A stretch of 63,647 nucleotides of DNA, counting the filler, from Sphacelaria rigidula (taxonomy: Eukaryota): NCBI GenBank assembly GCA_964200075.2. It is 9 parts of 9 records of this genome, joined end to end, with 100 filler letters (N's around TTAATTAATTAA, not from the genome) between each part and the next. Parts side by side here need not be neighbours in the genome. Positions count along the whole stretch, not along the records: positions 35,417 to 42,399 come from CAXNAA020017090.1; positions 42,500 to 49,482 come from CAXNAA020017091.1; positions 49,583 to 56,565 come from CAXNAA020017092.1; 6 more parts are not named here. The stretch is one strand, 5' to 3'. Shown here one piece after another: positions 37,103-50,492 of the stretch. The position numbers were made by a program, and so were the translations under genes. How positions within the stretch are numbered: position 1 is the first letter of the stretch; each line of letters starts with the position of its first letter. The notes below the pieces were generated by a model. That model was not told where the DNA came from. It saw nothing but the letters and a program-made list of their open reading frames with translations, and did no database searches.

Positions 37103-37455
37103 GGTGTGTTGTCGTCCCACCTATTCTCGACGCCGGTCTACAACTTTCGGTATGTGTGGGCGCACCAGCCGGGGTCACACAGGAGGGAGGTCAACTCAGG
37201 AGCTTTTCCTTTTTTGTTTATTTGAAGTACCACACCTGCCTTCGGCGGTGTTGCCTTTATTATTTATCGCGAGAGGGGTCCAGCAGTCCCTTTCCCTCGT
37301 CGACCATCAAGTCGACCATTGTGTACCCACGACATGGTCACTCTCAACTGTTGGGCATGGTGTGGGAAAAAAAATCTAGATCGCTCCGAGATCTGAACCC
37401 GCGATCCACCCGTCAGAAGGTTTCGACGTTACCAACTGAGCAACCGGGGCGACCG
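37103..37455 (-). mobile_element. tRNA-derived SINE, near full length
   Basis: The reverse complement matches the 45217 copy throughout; the head reads CGGTCGCCCCGGTTGCTCAGTTGGTAACGTCGAAACCTTCTGACGG...GGGTTCAGATCTCGG. Confidence 0.85.
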
Positions 37456-37999
37456 TTGGGGGAAAAAATTGCTAGTCTGGTCACGTGTTAACATTGCGGT
37501 CACCAGAAAACCCAAAGGCGCCCCCTGAACCCCCTGAGAGTACTCGTAACGTAACCCGTTCCGAAGTGTCGGGATCCACCTAGATAGCCCTTCTCTAGGA
37601 CGAGCTGCCACGCGGGAGGGCCAAGAAGGCACCGGTTTCGGACGACGACATTTCAGTTGAAAGCGACCGTTCCTTTTTGCGGTCAACGACGCTCGAACGA
37701 TGGTCAATGATCGAGATCCCCACAAATTAGTAGGGGTCGGGAGATACTATCGCAGGGCCGGATGCAGATTCCAGAGAAGAAAATCTTCTCACGATTAGTT
37801 TCGAACGAGTTACGGGCTGACTGGTCGTCGGGGGTACTGTTAGTACACGTCCCCTCGATGGAACCAATCCCGATCGTTTATTGAACAATTACACGGTTTC
37901 GTTCCGTTTTCAAGTTTGGCTGTTCAGTGCGCTACAGTCGAAACACTGTATTCTCCGACTAAACTTTTGGTGAAAAAAAACCCTCCCCACCCATCGCCA

Positions 38000-38346
38000 C
38001 TCCCCTGGCGAGCCTGGTCCGGCTTTGGAGGGATGGGAGGTCAATGGCCTTATGACTGTGGCATGGAAGATCATGAGTACAACCCCCCCCCCCTCCCCCG
38101 CCTCGCCCTCGCCCTCGTCCCATCCATACGATCTATATGCGAGATAATCAGTACGCTTCAGACCGAAAAATCTTCCGAGGATGCAGCTCACCCTTGATGC
38201 GACTCGCCGAGCACACCACGGCGTCTCTCGCTTGGTGACTGCGAGTCTGGTGCGGCGAAAACCCGGCATGCCCTTGTCCCCGCTCTGTAGGGATGCTAGG
38301 TCAATGGCCTCATGGCTACGGCATGCAAGGTCATGAGTACACCCCC
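38000..38346 (-). repeat. Dispersed repeat family A copies
   Basis: Reverse complement of the 60-290 element (GGATGCAGCTCACCCTTGATGCGACT...CACCACGGCG). Confidence 0.75.
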
Positions 38347-38942
38347 ACGCTTAGAAATAGGGCTTTACCTCGTATTTCTCCGAAAACACAAGGAATTGGG
38401 AAATGTCTGCTGTAAGCTACCTGTTTCTCACCCCACTTTTACCGATTTCAGGAATTTCGAGTCAAGGTGACGATTAAAAGTAGTCTGCTAAAAGTTCTTT
38501 TTCGACGCGATATTTTTGTTCGAGAGTTGACGACCGGAACGTTCCATTGTGTGAACACTTCAACACATGAAACGTCGAAATCGTTGGAAACCCAGGTGCC
38601 TATATCCGTGTGGAAACGAATTTGCCCTAGAATTTAAAGGAGCCGCAGTCCTACTTCTGAGCTTGATACGCGCTCGCGACATGGACTCTGCAATCAATTT
38701 TTCTGGTTGCCAAAATACACTAGCCTGACGAGAGCAGCCTTGATTTTCCTCAGAAAGCTTAAGACTTTTGAAACGAGTTAAACTATCGCTATCGCGCAAG
38801 ATGGCAGGGTTTACCCCAATCAGTCATATGACGTTAACGATTCAATCCCATAAAAATATCTTGCTGATGACGAGGTCACTAAATATTGTTCCTGATCCCT
38901 CTCCCTTCCCATCTTCCCTCCGGTATTCAAGATCATGAGTAC

Positions 38943-39005
<63 letters not shown>

Positions 39006-39220
39006 AAAAAAAAAAAACACCCCCCACAAACAAACAAGGGAGAGAGACAAACAAACAACACACCACCCCACCCCCCACCCACCACCCACNNNNNNNNNNC
39101 CTGATCCCCCCCCCGTCCCATCTCCCCCCCGGTATTCAAGATCATGAGTACCCCCCCCCCCCCAACCCCAACCCCAACCCCAACCCCAACCCCAACCCCA
39201 AAAAACGAAAACAAAAACAG

Positions 39221-39352
39221 GTTGATTGGATAGACTTCGAGCGAGCGATAGACACATTAAGGAGGTTCAACCTGCTCCTTGTCTTGGATTTCGTCGGAGA
39301 TGAAGGGTGGGCTTTGGAGGAGGCCTTGGGCTGGAAACAGACTCGAAAGCAG
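39221..39352 (+). CDS. Isolated internal exon, possibly from a sulfotransferase-like protein
   Basis: CAG|...|GTGCGT borders, 132 bp, phase 0: VDWIDFERAIDTLRRFNLLLVLDFVGDEGWALEEALGWKQTRKQ. The A...L..F..V.......L...LGW pattern recalls Gal-3-O-sulfotransferase-like proteins (inference). Neighbouring exons were not found. Confidence 0.5.
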
Positions 39353-40572
39353 GTGCGTAATTACTCTGTTGGCGTGGTTCGGCGTGTGTATGTGTGTTAG
39401 TTTGTGCCCGCGCGCCTGCGCGTGTGTGCGTGTGTGCGTGCGCGCGTTCGTGAATTAATGTGTTCATGTACTTGTCGGTGTATGTGTGATGACGCATTTG
39501 ACCGTTGTTAGTGGTGCACTGGCTTGCCCCGGCGATTTGACTGGAAATTATGCAACTGAACTGAGTTAAGTCGAAGCAATGAGGGTTCTGTTCCCGGCAG
39601 ATATTTTGCACTTTTTTTTTTCTTCCAGAAAATCCTGGTGTCCTTCTGTCGTTGAAACCGTTGGAGCTCTGAGTGTTCACTAACAAATGAAGTAATTGAT
39701 TTTGATGAGAGTCGACGCGGTGCAGGAGTTTGTCATCATCCGGTGTTGCCACAGCAAAACATCGGGCGTGTACCCGACCAGGGCAGACAGGGGTAAACCC
39801 GTTCAGAAGTCGAACTGATCCCAAGGAAGAAAATAAGTTGAAAGTGTGATGGAAACAAGACAAAAGTTGTCGTGCAAGCAAAAATGGACCCCCTTCGAGT
39901 GGAATCCAGCGTGGAAGTGGATCAGGCCTGACTACTGGAGGAGTGATGGTGCATGATTTTCAGCAGCGTCAAGTAGAGGACGGGCGGCACTGTATGTGGG
40001 TGTAAACATGTGACACTTTCTACGATAGCCCCCCCCCAAAAAAAAAGAAAAGAAGTGCATGGTTTTGGGAGTCAAAATCTTCGCGTAAATCGAAACGGGA
40101 AAAGCCGAGTACAACGAGCAGCTGAGAATTCCCACGCTTTAGTTCGTTCTCGCCAATGTTGCCAATATGAGGCGCTTCATGTAACCTGAACTCAAACATC
40201 AGGCGCTGTATGGTCATTTTTTTCGTGACACTTTTGGGCTGGTTTTCTGGGGGGGCTATTGTAGAAAGTGTCATGTACACTCGCAAAAGCACTACTTGCT
40301 GCATCATGGCGTGCATCTGGAGTTGTTGTGTGTTGCTACAGCGCGCAGGTATCCCCGATGTGTGCCATTGATTTTTTTATCCCTGCTTTGTCCTGCTTTT
40401 TCAAAGCAAATATTCAAAAACACTGCCGAGGTGGATGAAACGGTCATTCGTATCTTACCAATTACGCCTTGTGGTGTGACCTGAATGTCACCGTTAGAAG
40501 GTTTCCTTACGTCACGCGGACTTACATGAACAGGAAACGACGCCTCCATTGCTAAGATAGGAATTAGTCACA

Positions 40573-41504
40573 CCCTGGACAAAACAAAATGACGAGGTAA
40601 TATATATTGCCCGCTCCATATGTCGACGCGTTGGGTGGTCAACACACAGGCGAGCAATATGATGACACGAGAGACAGGTCAACATAAATGTGTCATCAAT
40701 ATGTCACGGCTGGCGGCATGCCATGCAATATTTATCGACCCAGCAATACATCACGACACGCGCCACCTCAATATATATATTGGCTGCCACACGAAATCAA
40801 AATATTTACGATTCAATATACTCAACAACCGAAGCACCCATATATATTGCCGCCCCAATATGTCGTGCGTCAATGCGTCCGTTATATATATATATATATA
40901 TATATTGGGCGAACAATACTCGAGGGAATCGACCGTCACAATACATATTGGTGGAGAAATATACATGTATATATTGATGATTCAACATGTATATTGGAAA
41001 GTGTATAGGAATTAGTATAGTGGGCACTCTCATTTTCGCGGGCGTCACTGAAAGATGTGTCAAATCACCAGGTGCCGAAAACGCTCAATAATTTTCTCCG
41101 TGAGCGTGTCCAATATATATTGGCTGCACGCAAGCTATGCGATGAGCGTGCGCAATACGTATTGGAAGAACAATACTTGTGCACAGTTTTTCTCCGATAT
41201 ATATTATGGCAACAACATGTTACGCATCGCTTCGACTCAATAAATACATATATTGACACTTCGATACATACACGGCCGGCGTGAACAATGTATATTGGAT
41301 GTTTTGTTCTCAGAGCAAACGCATGTCCAATAAATACTGTCATGTATTGCTTCACAATCATAACACGAGAGATATGTTTTGTTATTGTTGCCTCAATGTC
41401 TCCGAGGACATTTCAACACAATGTACACATTGAAAGGACAACATTTGCGCTGTTTCCAATACAGAGTATTGGCACTATATTGGAACATATTGTATTGTCC
41501 AGGG
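40573..41504. mobile_element. ~930-bp non-autonomous TIR element filled with CAATATATTG-type palindromes
   Basis: CA|CCCTGGACAAAACAAAATG pairs with CATATTGTATTGTCCAGGG|TA. The interior has many CAATA...TATTG motifs. Confidence 0.7.
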
Positions 41505-42399
41505 TATAAGCAACACAGCACCAGTGACCGGAGGGGCACCAAAAGGCGTACGTCGACCCGCGTTTTCTACCGTCGTACTGTTGAGCCAAGATATATTGCA
41601 TACTGCAAAGGAGATAAGCAGCACCGCACCGGTGGCCAGATAGATATCAAAAGGCATACATACCGGGTCGGCTGTTCTGCCACCATATTTTCAGGCCAAT
41701 GTGTGGGGAAGGCGTATCGCTAGGGTAGACATCCTAAGGAGGAGACTGTCTTGGGAGATGTAGTCCTGATGCCGAAGGCACTCCAAGGCTGGCGATGATT
41801 TCCTCTTGTATATGTAGGCAAGAAGGGGGTCAAACGAGAAATGGTCGCCAGAGGCGACCAGTTCCTTGGAGGATGTTGGCCCGTCCTAATAATATTGAGC
41901 TGCTCCTGGCGTCACCCCGAGTTGTCTAGTTACGTTGGCATTACAGGGTCCTCGGTAATCTGGTCCTTCCGGACCGTTACTACCTTGTCCTTGCTTGCGC
42001 TGGTCCTTCATACATGTGTAGCATCAGTCTCTGACATGTCACTGCAAAGATGTGTCTTCCACATCCCCCCTCCCCCTTCATGCGCCTCAAGTCCATCAGG
42101 ACTGTGGTTGGTGGGACGAGGCGATCATCAGCTTCGCTGATGATATAATCGTGGAAGTGTCTTTGAGTGACAATCATTGATTGATTGAGTCACGCCACCG
42201 CTAATCGCAAGGCAGCCCTTCTCTATACTGTGGTGTTGTGCAAACACCCCCAGTGAATTTAGCCACCTGTGGTCAGTAGCAGTGCATGAATTGCAAACCC
42301 TATAATTTTGGTTTCCTCTGTCCTGCAGCTGTGTCATGTGTGTGTGTGTGTTGTCGTCCCATTTATTCTGGGCGCCAGTCTACCCCTTTCGGGATATGT

Positions 42400-42499
42400 N
42401 NNNNNNNNNNNNNNNNNNNNNNNNNNNNNNNNNNNNNNNNNNNTTAATTAATTAANNNNNNNNNNNNNNNNNNNNNNNNNNNNNNNNNNNNNNNNNNNN
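42400..42499. other. Artificial contig spacer
   Basis: N44-TTAATTAATTAA-N44. Confidence 0.98.
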
Positions 42500-43612
42500 C
42501 CCTTTTGGGCAATCAGGCCGAAGGAATCGTGGATTTGGTGATTTTGAGTCGTGATGATTTGTCCTAACCGTGGATGCTTACAAAGATTGAAAAAATAAAG
42601 ATTTGGGCCGTACGCTGCGCTTTATCTGGTGTGGCCAAGCACATCGCATACCCCATCGGTGGTATGTGTACATCGCCACCGTACAGCGAAACCGAAGAGT
42701 CCGGACATGGACGGCGACCACAGCGGCGCATATCAAATTATCGAACTATGCTGTGTACGTACGTGGTACTTTTGCCACTTTGTTGAGAACTCATGGATAC
42801 ATGAAACATTTTCCAATAGTTTGTTTCCCTCTCACAAATTTCTGACAACGTTTGGAAAATGTGTTGAAACAGACACTAATACCCGAACATGTTTCGAGAG
42901 GGTTTTCTACTCATAAAATTACGAGGTATTTTGTGTGCGGTTGCGTGCGTATGTGTGTGTGTGTGTTGGACGCATATGTCGTAACGTAAACAGATATCCT
43001 GCCGCGTACGTGTATGTTCGGCACATACGTTCTGCATAAACCGTGGATATTCTACGTGTGTTGGGCAAATACATCCTGAAGTGAACAGATGTTCCATGTT
43101 CTGCTTTGTCCCACGTAGGCTGTCATGCATCTAATGACCACGGCAGTATTCGTAGCTAATCAGTTCATGTGCGACACTCAATCATTAGATCAATTGGAAC
43201 AGGCTACCAGCCCCCTCTTGGACACTGGTATATTTTCACCTTGTGAGCCTCTATTAATTGTGGTCGCATTTCCTAATTACGCAAAGAGACTCCCAAAATT
43301 GGAACCGAAAATATTTCTTCATAAAAAAACGCACCTGAATCAAACCGCCCCGCACTGAGCGTTCGTTGCTAGCTGTTTTGCACCCTTTGTAATACAAGTC
43401 ACCCATTGCACACTAACGCCTCTGTATAAGTACGGTGGATGCTCTTGTACATTTGTACCGTGCATGTTTTTGTTGCTGCGGTTGTCTATTCATGAAAAAA
43501 AGAACTGAACAACCAAAGAAGATCATGAGTTTGAGCTTGCGTGTGTGTGTGTTTTTTTTCATCTGTTTTTTATGTTTTTTCTCCTTTGTATGTATCATAT
43601 CACACGCAACAG

Positions 43613-46600
43613 TGTCATACACATGACGGAACGACCGCGGGTACTGGAGAAGTGGCAAGATCAGGGAGGGGTGATGGTGATGTCGTATAACATGTTCCGC
43701 GCGTCCCTGAGCCGATCCTGCGAGAGCGGCGCAACGTGCAGGAAGTGTCTTCAGGATCCGGGACCGGATGTGATCATCGCGGATGAGGCTCATCTGCTCA
43801 AGAACGAACAAGCCAAGGTGCGGTGTGATGATCATGATCATGGACCTGTCCTTATATAGGTCAATAAAGAGCTGTGTTTCCTTGGAGTCGACACTCTATT
43901 CACAGTTAGCCATGGACCATCTTGGGTGTACGCTTGGTTTTGCATGTTGTAGTCGTAGGACAATCGACCGCGCATCTCTACAAAGCCGGGACGGAGCACG
44001 CCGTCTCCCAAAAAGCATAGCGTTGGTCGAGGGCCCGCCTGCTTATCCCCTGGTTATTCAAAACAGCAAAAAGTAAAGGATGAACAAGAACAACTGGAGG
44101 GAAAACCACAACCCGTACGATTTTGCACACCAGGTTACTGTGGCCATGAAAGGCCTGCGAACGAGGCGCAGAGTGGCGCTCACCGGCTCACCCTTGCAAA
44201 ACAACCTGATGGAGTACTACACCATGGTTGATTTTGTGCGCAGCGGTATGCTCGGGACGTCTGGGCGCTTCAAAAACAAGTTCGAGATTCCCATCACCAA
44301 TGGGATGCTCAAGGGCTGTCCAACGGCCGACGTGAAGGTACTCGCAACTCTAGATGTGCACATACACGGGCATGTGTACATGTGCATGCGTACATGTTTA
44401 TTTACACTCGAACTGACCCGTGAAAGTGGTTTCTTTGTTTCACCCTGTTTTTTATATTCACTTGATTCATTTAATTGCTTTTTCTCGCGGCCTTTTGCTT
44501 GCTGTAATAGACAATGTATTTTTGAAAATTGAATTTTGTAGTGGATGGTGAAGGACGCCGTTGTGTACAGTACAGTTGCTTTGGAAAAGTAAAAACGGAT
44601 GACGTTTTGGTTTTGGTATTTGCCATCATGTTTTAGAAGTGTGGTTGCGATGACTTCGTTTGTCTGAAATGATGGGTGGGAGCAAGAGTAGCTCAGTCGT
44701 ACGTCTTCGGCATCTGTATGTGTCCCAATGCATTGAAATATGATGAAAATGCTTATTTTATTCATGAGTGTCTCGCGGGATCAGTATTTCATGTGTACTT
44801 GTGTTACTACCGTTGCTCGTGAGGTGGCAAAGTTATGGTGATTATAATCACGTTAGATCAGCGTCATGTTACATCTGAGTAGTATACGCCGTTTTGGAGG
44901 GTTAGTACAACTTTAGGTCAAGGAGGTACAACACACACACACACAGTTCGATACAGTGCTTTCGAGCAGGGAACATATATATTTTTACCATACTCTTCGA
45001 ACAGGTTATTTGGGTTTGACGCTTCTGTCAACATCGGTTCGCGGGGATCATCATCGTTACCCTTGCTCATCTCGAGTGTATGGTGTGTGCATGAGTTACA
45101 ACGTCCGCTTTCAAAAGATTCCCAACAGCCATTTATGTACAAGACGATTTAGTGCTCGCTTTGAAGACGCTTGTTTTGCCTTACAAATTGCTGAAGTGAT
45201 TTTCAGTTGGTAGGGTGCCGGTCGCCCCGGTGGCTCAGTTGGTGACCTCGAAACCCTCGGACGGTTGGGTCGTAAATTCAAATCTCGGAGCGATCTGGGA
45301 TTTTCCCCCACACCATGCACAACAGTGGAGAGCGGCTATGTCGTGGATACACGAAATTCGACTTAACGGTCAACGAGGGAAGGGGGGTGCTGGGCCCCTC
45401 TCGCGATAAAAAAGAAGGGCAAGCACCGCAGAAGGACGGTGGGGTACCAAAAACAAACAAAAACGGAAAACTCCCGTGTTGACCTTCCTCCTGTGAGACC
45501 CCGGCTGGTGTGCCCACATATACCGAAAGGTGTAGAACGGCGTCCAGAATAGATGGGACGACGTCAACAACAACAACAACAGCGTGACAATCCCTTCCCC
45601 CCCTCCCCCCCCCCTTTTCCAGAGAACATACAGTATACCGTACTTGAACGTATCGTGTAGTGATCGGCAGAGAGTTAGAAAAAAGTAACAGATGTCATCT
45701 TCCACAAGTAAGACATGTAATTTCCGCATGCATTGTTACTAAGCAATGATTACCGACCCGACCACATGATACCCTTGCCTTCGGTACGTGCACGCGTTGA
45801 CATTTTATTTTTGTTTTTGCTTTCTTTCCCCCCGCCATTTACATCGTGTCTGCTGCTTCGTGCCGGTACTACCCGCCATTTCCCACCACTACCACTACCA
45901 CACCAATACCGTCACCGGCACTCTACCGATCTCACGGCTGCTACTTACTGACTGCCGTCGGCACCTCCAAAATCGCGACCTTTTGTCGGGAGCACAGAAG
46001 AGCCATGGACGCGCATACGTCCTCCACGAGACGCTGAAGGGATTCGTCCAGCGCAAGGACATTACAACCCTGGCAGCGTTCCTGCCCCCCTCGGTGGTGA
46101 AGGAGGAGATAGTCGTCACCGTGAGGCCCTCCGAGAAGCAACGCGCGCTCACCAAGCGGCTGTGGAGGGAAGCCAAGTGAGTGAGTCGTGTCGCCTTGTC
46201 GGTTACTCCTACATCGTGAGCGTGCCTTAGATTGCAGAGAGCGTTATGGAGCTGAATGAGGTGTGGAATAGATACCCTGGGTGCAAAGCAAGCCACTCGT
46301 GTACTCCATGCTCTCATGTATCCATCCAATACGGTAATTAATAGATCCGATGACTTGACCCTTTACCGTTTTTTCAGGGTCGTCAGACCGCATTTTTTTT
46401 GTTTCTTCCTGTGTTTCATGTTACTCACGACGCTGTCTTTTGCATCTCGACCTGTTTTTCGCCCATGTGTCTTGGTTGTAACTTTTTTGCGCGCCTGTCC
46501 GTGTCCATATTCACCTATTATCATGTCGTTCTCTGTCTTTTGTCTTGTCATCCAATTATATTCGTCTCTCGCGTGATTCATGATATGAAACGACAAAGGG

Positions 46601-46966
46601 AAGCGGCAAGCGGCAAGAGTATTCTGTTGATGAGCATACTCATGGTGCTGCAGCTGGTGTGGACCCATCCCGCAGCGTACGAAGCGGCGGCGGAAGCCAA
46701 AGCCGCGTTACAGCTGGCCAACGCAGAAGAGGCTGCCGTTGAAGCTTCGGCTGGCTCTGCTGCGAAGACTGCCCGTGAAGCAGATGTTCCCGCTGGCGCC
46801 GCTGCAGAAGAGGTCCCCAAAGGGAGTTCGGGAAGTAGGGGGGACGGAGATGATGATGGCACGGTAGACTTGTCTAGCACCGTGGAGGTATGCTTTTGGA
46901 TCGTGCATCTGTGTTGGTTTCGGTGACCCCTTTCGATGGCGCTACTGTGGTTGTGTTATATGTGTC

Positions 46967-47015
<49 letters not shown>

Positions 47016-48554
47016 ATTTTTATCATCATTATTATTATTATGGTTATGGTTATGGTTATTTTTGTTGTTATTCATCACTTTTATTGTTGTTTTTGTTGTT
47101 ATTGTTGCTGCTACTTTGATTTCGGTTGCGCATGCTGATTTTGCCATTTTCCTCACTGGGTTGTTCTTGTCTTGCACCACGGGGACGGTGTCCCCACGCA
47201 CGGGCGCACCTCTCGAGTATTCTGATTTCGGCGCAATTCATCGACCGCACCCATGCACCCTCCCGATTTTTCTGACTTATTCCGACACTGCATGCTGTCG
47301 CACGCGATTTTCGTATTCATCCAAACGCAGAGCGACGGCGGGAACGCGGGTAGCACCGTCGGTTGCAAGCGCAAACGGACGACAGTTTCGGATACCGAGA
47401 CCGAGATGGCAACAGCGTCCGCAGGCATCTCTACTCCGGAGGTCCCCGTGATGTTCAGCGCTAGCGTCGCCGGGCAGGCCTCCTCGAGCGAGGGCGGCCG
47501 TGCCATCTCCGCGGCGGCCCCCGCCGCAGCCGCTGCCGCGCATGTCGACACCTCATCAACCGAAGTCGACCGCTCGCGAACCGTCACTCTTGCGGATGAT
47601 ATGGACGACGAAACGGCGAACTGTTCCAAGAGCGTAAGGGGGGTGCAACCCGCTCCACCACAAAATACATGGGGTACTGGGGAGTGGGCACCGACGGATT
47701 GGGCGGTGGCGAATTCGCTGCCGATCCCGACGATTCCAACGGTGGTGACCCCGGTCGTGAGCGCTCCAGCGGCCAATCCGACAGCAGCGACGCCGGCGCC
47801 GGCGCCGTCGAATCCTGCCGCAGAGCCCACCCCCGCCGTTAGTCTTGCGCCCGGGGAAGTGGCAGAAGCTTCGATACCGGTCCAGACGACCGCCATGGCC
47901 ACACCGACATTAGATGCAACGAAAAACAGCTTGCCCGGCCCCCGGGACGGCGATGGCACGGCAATCATTGGCGAGGGTGACGCGATGGACGTTGACGGTG
48001 TTCGCGCCGCCGGCCCCAACGCCACGCGGGCGGCGGTGGCGGTAGTGGCGTCTGACAAAAATAACGGTGCGCCGACGTACGACCTAACGGGATCTCCCCC
48101 TCATTCCCCTCGACGAGCATCATCGGGGGAGCGTTCAAACAAACGCCCGAGATTGACTGCACCGCAGCAGCACTCAACTTTTTTGCCTTTGCCACCGTCG
48201 GCCGCACCAGTACAGGCACAGCCGCCGCCGAGGGCCAGCGGGGTGTTCCCGGTTGTTGCCGCCACTGAGTCGACCAAAGGAGGAACCGGCGGTGGCAGTG
48301 GAGCGGTGCTGGCTCCCTCGGGGCCCGCAGGAGCTGGGGGGCCTACAGTTAGCCTTGCCGCAGCTATGGACCAGGAAATGGTTAGTCATCAAGAGAATTC
48401 CGGGACGGAGCCCACGAGTGCCAAGGCGCCTGGTGCTGGCGGTGAGGGTAATGCTGCGGTGGGGAGGACAAAGAATAAAGGTCGGCGCAAGAAGAGAACG
48501 AAGGTGGCTCTGAAGGCCTTGGGCAATGATGTGGACATCCGCGATAGCGGCAAG
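43613..48554 (+). CDS. SNF2-family chromatin remodelling ATPase, ATRX/RAD54L2(ARIP4)-like, partial
   Basis: Phase-consistent exons 43613-43817, 44134-44337, 45998-46176, 46599-46887 and 47331-48554. Motifs: WQDQGGVMVMSYNMFR, LQDPGPDVIIADEAHLLKN (Walker B), RRRVALTGSPLQNNLMEYYTMVDFVR (motif III), FEIPITNG, RAYVLHETLKGFVQRKD, LQLVWTHP and a terminal SGK. Confidence 0.92.
45217..45580 (+). mobile_element. tRNA-derived SINE, full length, in a SNF2 intron
   Basis: The head GCCGGTCGCCCCGGTGGCTCAGTTGG contains Pol III box A and a degenerate box B. The body is shared with the 37103 and 26399 copies, and the tail is (CAA)n. Confidence 0.85.
46967..47108. repeat. (GTT)n / (ATT)n / (TATGGT)n compound microsatellite
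   Basis: Direct reading of the sequence; intronic. Confidence 0.9.
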
Positions 48555-49482
48555 GTTGGTTGTGTGCGGCCTTTAGTGTGATCCCATGATCAGCAAGTGC
48601 TGTATCCCACGATATCATCTCTCGTAGAACGGCCGGAAACCGGTAGCGACTCAACTTTGGTGCAATTCCGTCTGAACTTTCCTGTGCATCGATCAAAGGA
48701 GACGACCGTCTCTTCGATGAGTGCAGCACAAGCCCCGGGTGAACCGGCTGTGGACTTGTTTCTCTCCAGACCGATACCTGTACGACGTTGACCTTTTTTT
48801 ATTTCGGCTGAAATTATGTTACCTTTTCTGTGGCAGAACATTGTACCTGGTTCTGACCGTTAACGATTCAAAGAAGATTCCACCTCTCTCACGATTGAAA
48901 CCCCAACCCGGGCCAAAGATCCGATAGTGTACGTTTGTTTGTCGGAGCAACCAGGGCTTCCTACTTTTGACGTATTGCCTGTTCTAGGCTTGTCACCAGA
49001 GCACACTTTTGCATTGTCGTGCAACCTCCGTTTGGGATGTAAACGTCCGTCTAGAAAATCCATCTGAGATATTAAATCCTTGTGAGATATCTATGTGGGA
49101 TATGGATACCCGCCTCCGGTACGCATCTGGGATATGATAAATCCCAGGGGGATGTCTGTATTCAAGAAGGATCTTCCTGGTGGAAATCCCAGATGGACAT
49201 GATATCCCAGATGGATCTGATATCCCAGATGGAGGGCCTGCATGATAATGCAAGGCTCCCCGGCCGAGTTGATGGGTAAGGGTTGGCATGCGCGTGCGTC
49301 CTGCCGGATGACACTTTTTTTTCCGACATGCTTGCTCAATTTCCAGGTGGGTCGCTGCACTGTCTGCCGCTGCTTGAGGCCCCAAAGTGCTTGCAGTGAT
49401 GACTTGATTGTGTGGGTGGGTGATAACAAGAGCCTAAGCAAGCGGGGGGGGGGGCGCAAGCAGTGGCTGTTTTATGGTCAAG

Positions 49483-49582
49483 NNNNNNNNNNNNNNNNNN
49501 NNNNNNNNNNNNNNNNNNNNNNNNNNTTAATTAATTAANNNNNNNNNNNNNNNNNNNNNNNNNNNNNNNNNNNNNNNNNNNN
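49483..49582. other. Artificial contig spacer
   Basis: N44-TTAATTAATTAA-N44. Confidence 0.98.
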
Positions 49583-50492
49583 GAAGATTTTAATCCTCCG
49601 GGTTCTCATCGTCAATGAAAAGCACCATCCTCAACATAGATGATCGGCTGTTTAATGTAGAAAGAGGGGAGAAAAACGGCAGAAAATCAAGTGGTACCAT
49701 ACGGCAGACAGGGGGGCAAAATGAAAACAAAATAAGTGAGTCGGTGAAGGGAGAAAATGACGCAAATAGTGCATCGTGGGCCACGACTGCTAAATGCAGA
49801 CGATGAGGGAAAGGAATCACCAGTTTAAAACAGTGTGATAGCGAAAAAGAGAAAAAAATCTAACAACAAGAAAAATACCAGCGGGAAATGAAATGAACGT
49901 GTGGAGAAAGTCGCAACAATAGAATAGTGGATGAGTAGGGAAGTCATGGCTAATAGAAAATAAAAGTATTGAGGAGGGCAAGCGGGGGAAAAGAAAACGT
50001 ACGAAAAAGCCGCAAACAAGAAGAGTATAGTACTGTGTAGCCAAAATTTACCAAGGCGTAGTAAATGTAGCATGTAGGATCCTGGATGATGACCAGGGGA
50101 CAAGGGCATCCTGTGGATGATGAGCCTTACTGTGTAGCCTATGCCTGAAGGTACTGGCCGCAGCTGTTTACTCCATGATAATAACAAGTGAGAAGAAAGG
50201 ACTTGCTGGGCACGAGGTCAGTGCTACTGGAGGAGTCCCTCGTGGATAGTCCTCTTGTCCAGATCGTCTGGCAGAGGCTATAATATCTAGATCTTTCTTC
50301 CGGCTCTCTGTTAGAGGAGTTTGGGCTGAGGAGAGATTGGGCTGCAGCATAGAGCCAGTTCAGCCCGCAGACGGAAGACAGCTTACAGCGCACAGCGTTT
50401 GGAGGAACACACTCCGCTGGAGGGACGCTCAAGTAAGGTAAGAGTTTATCCGTGATGTTTTAGTCATAGAGAACACGGCTCAAGCGACAACG

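Noticed and set aside
38890..39200. Direct repeat and Gly/Pro-rich ORFs around an N10 gap
   Set aside because: The same sequence appears on both sides of the gap next to poly-C, consistent with an overlap or sequencing artefact.
46890..47250. Poly-Leu/Val/Asn ORFs
   Set aside because: They are translations of an intronic (GTT)n microsatellite.
47153..48058. 301-aa minus-strand ORF
   Set aside because: It is the antisense shadow of the GC-rich SNF2 exon.
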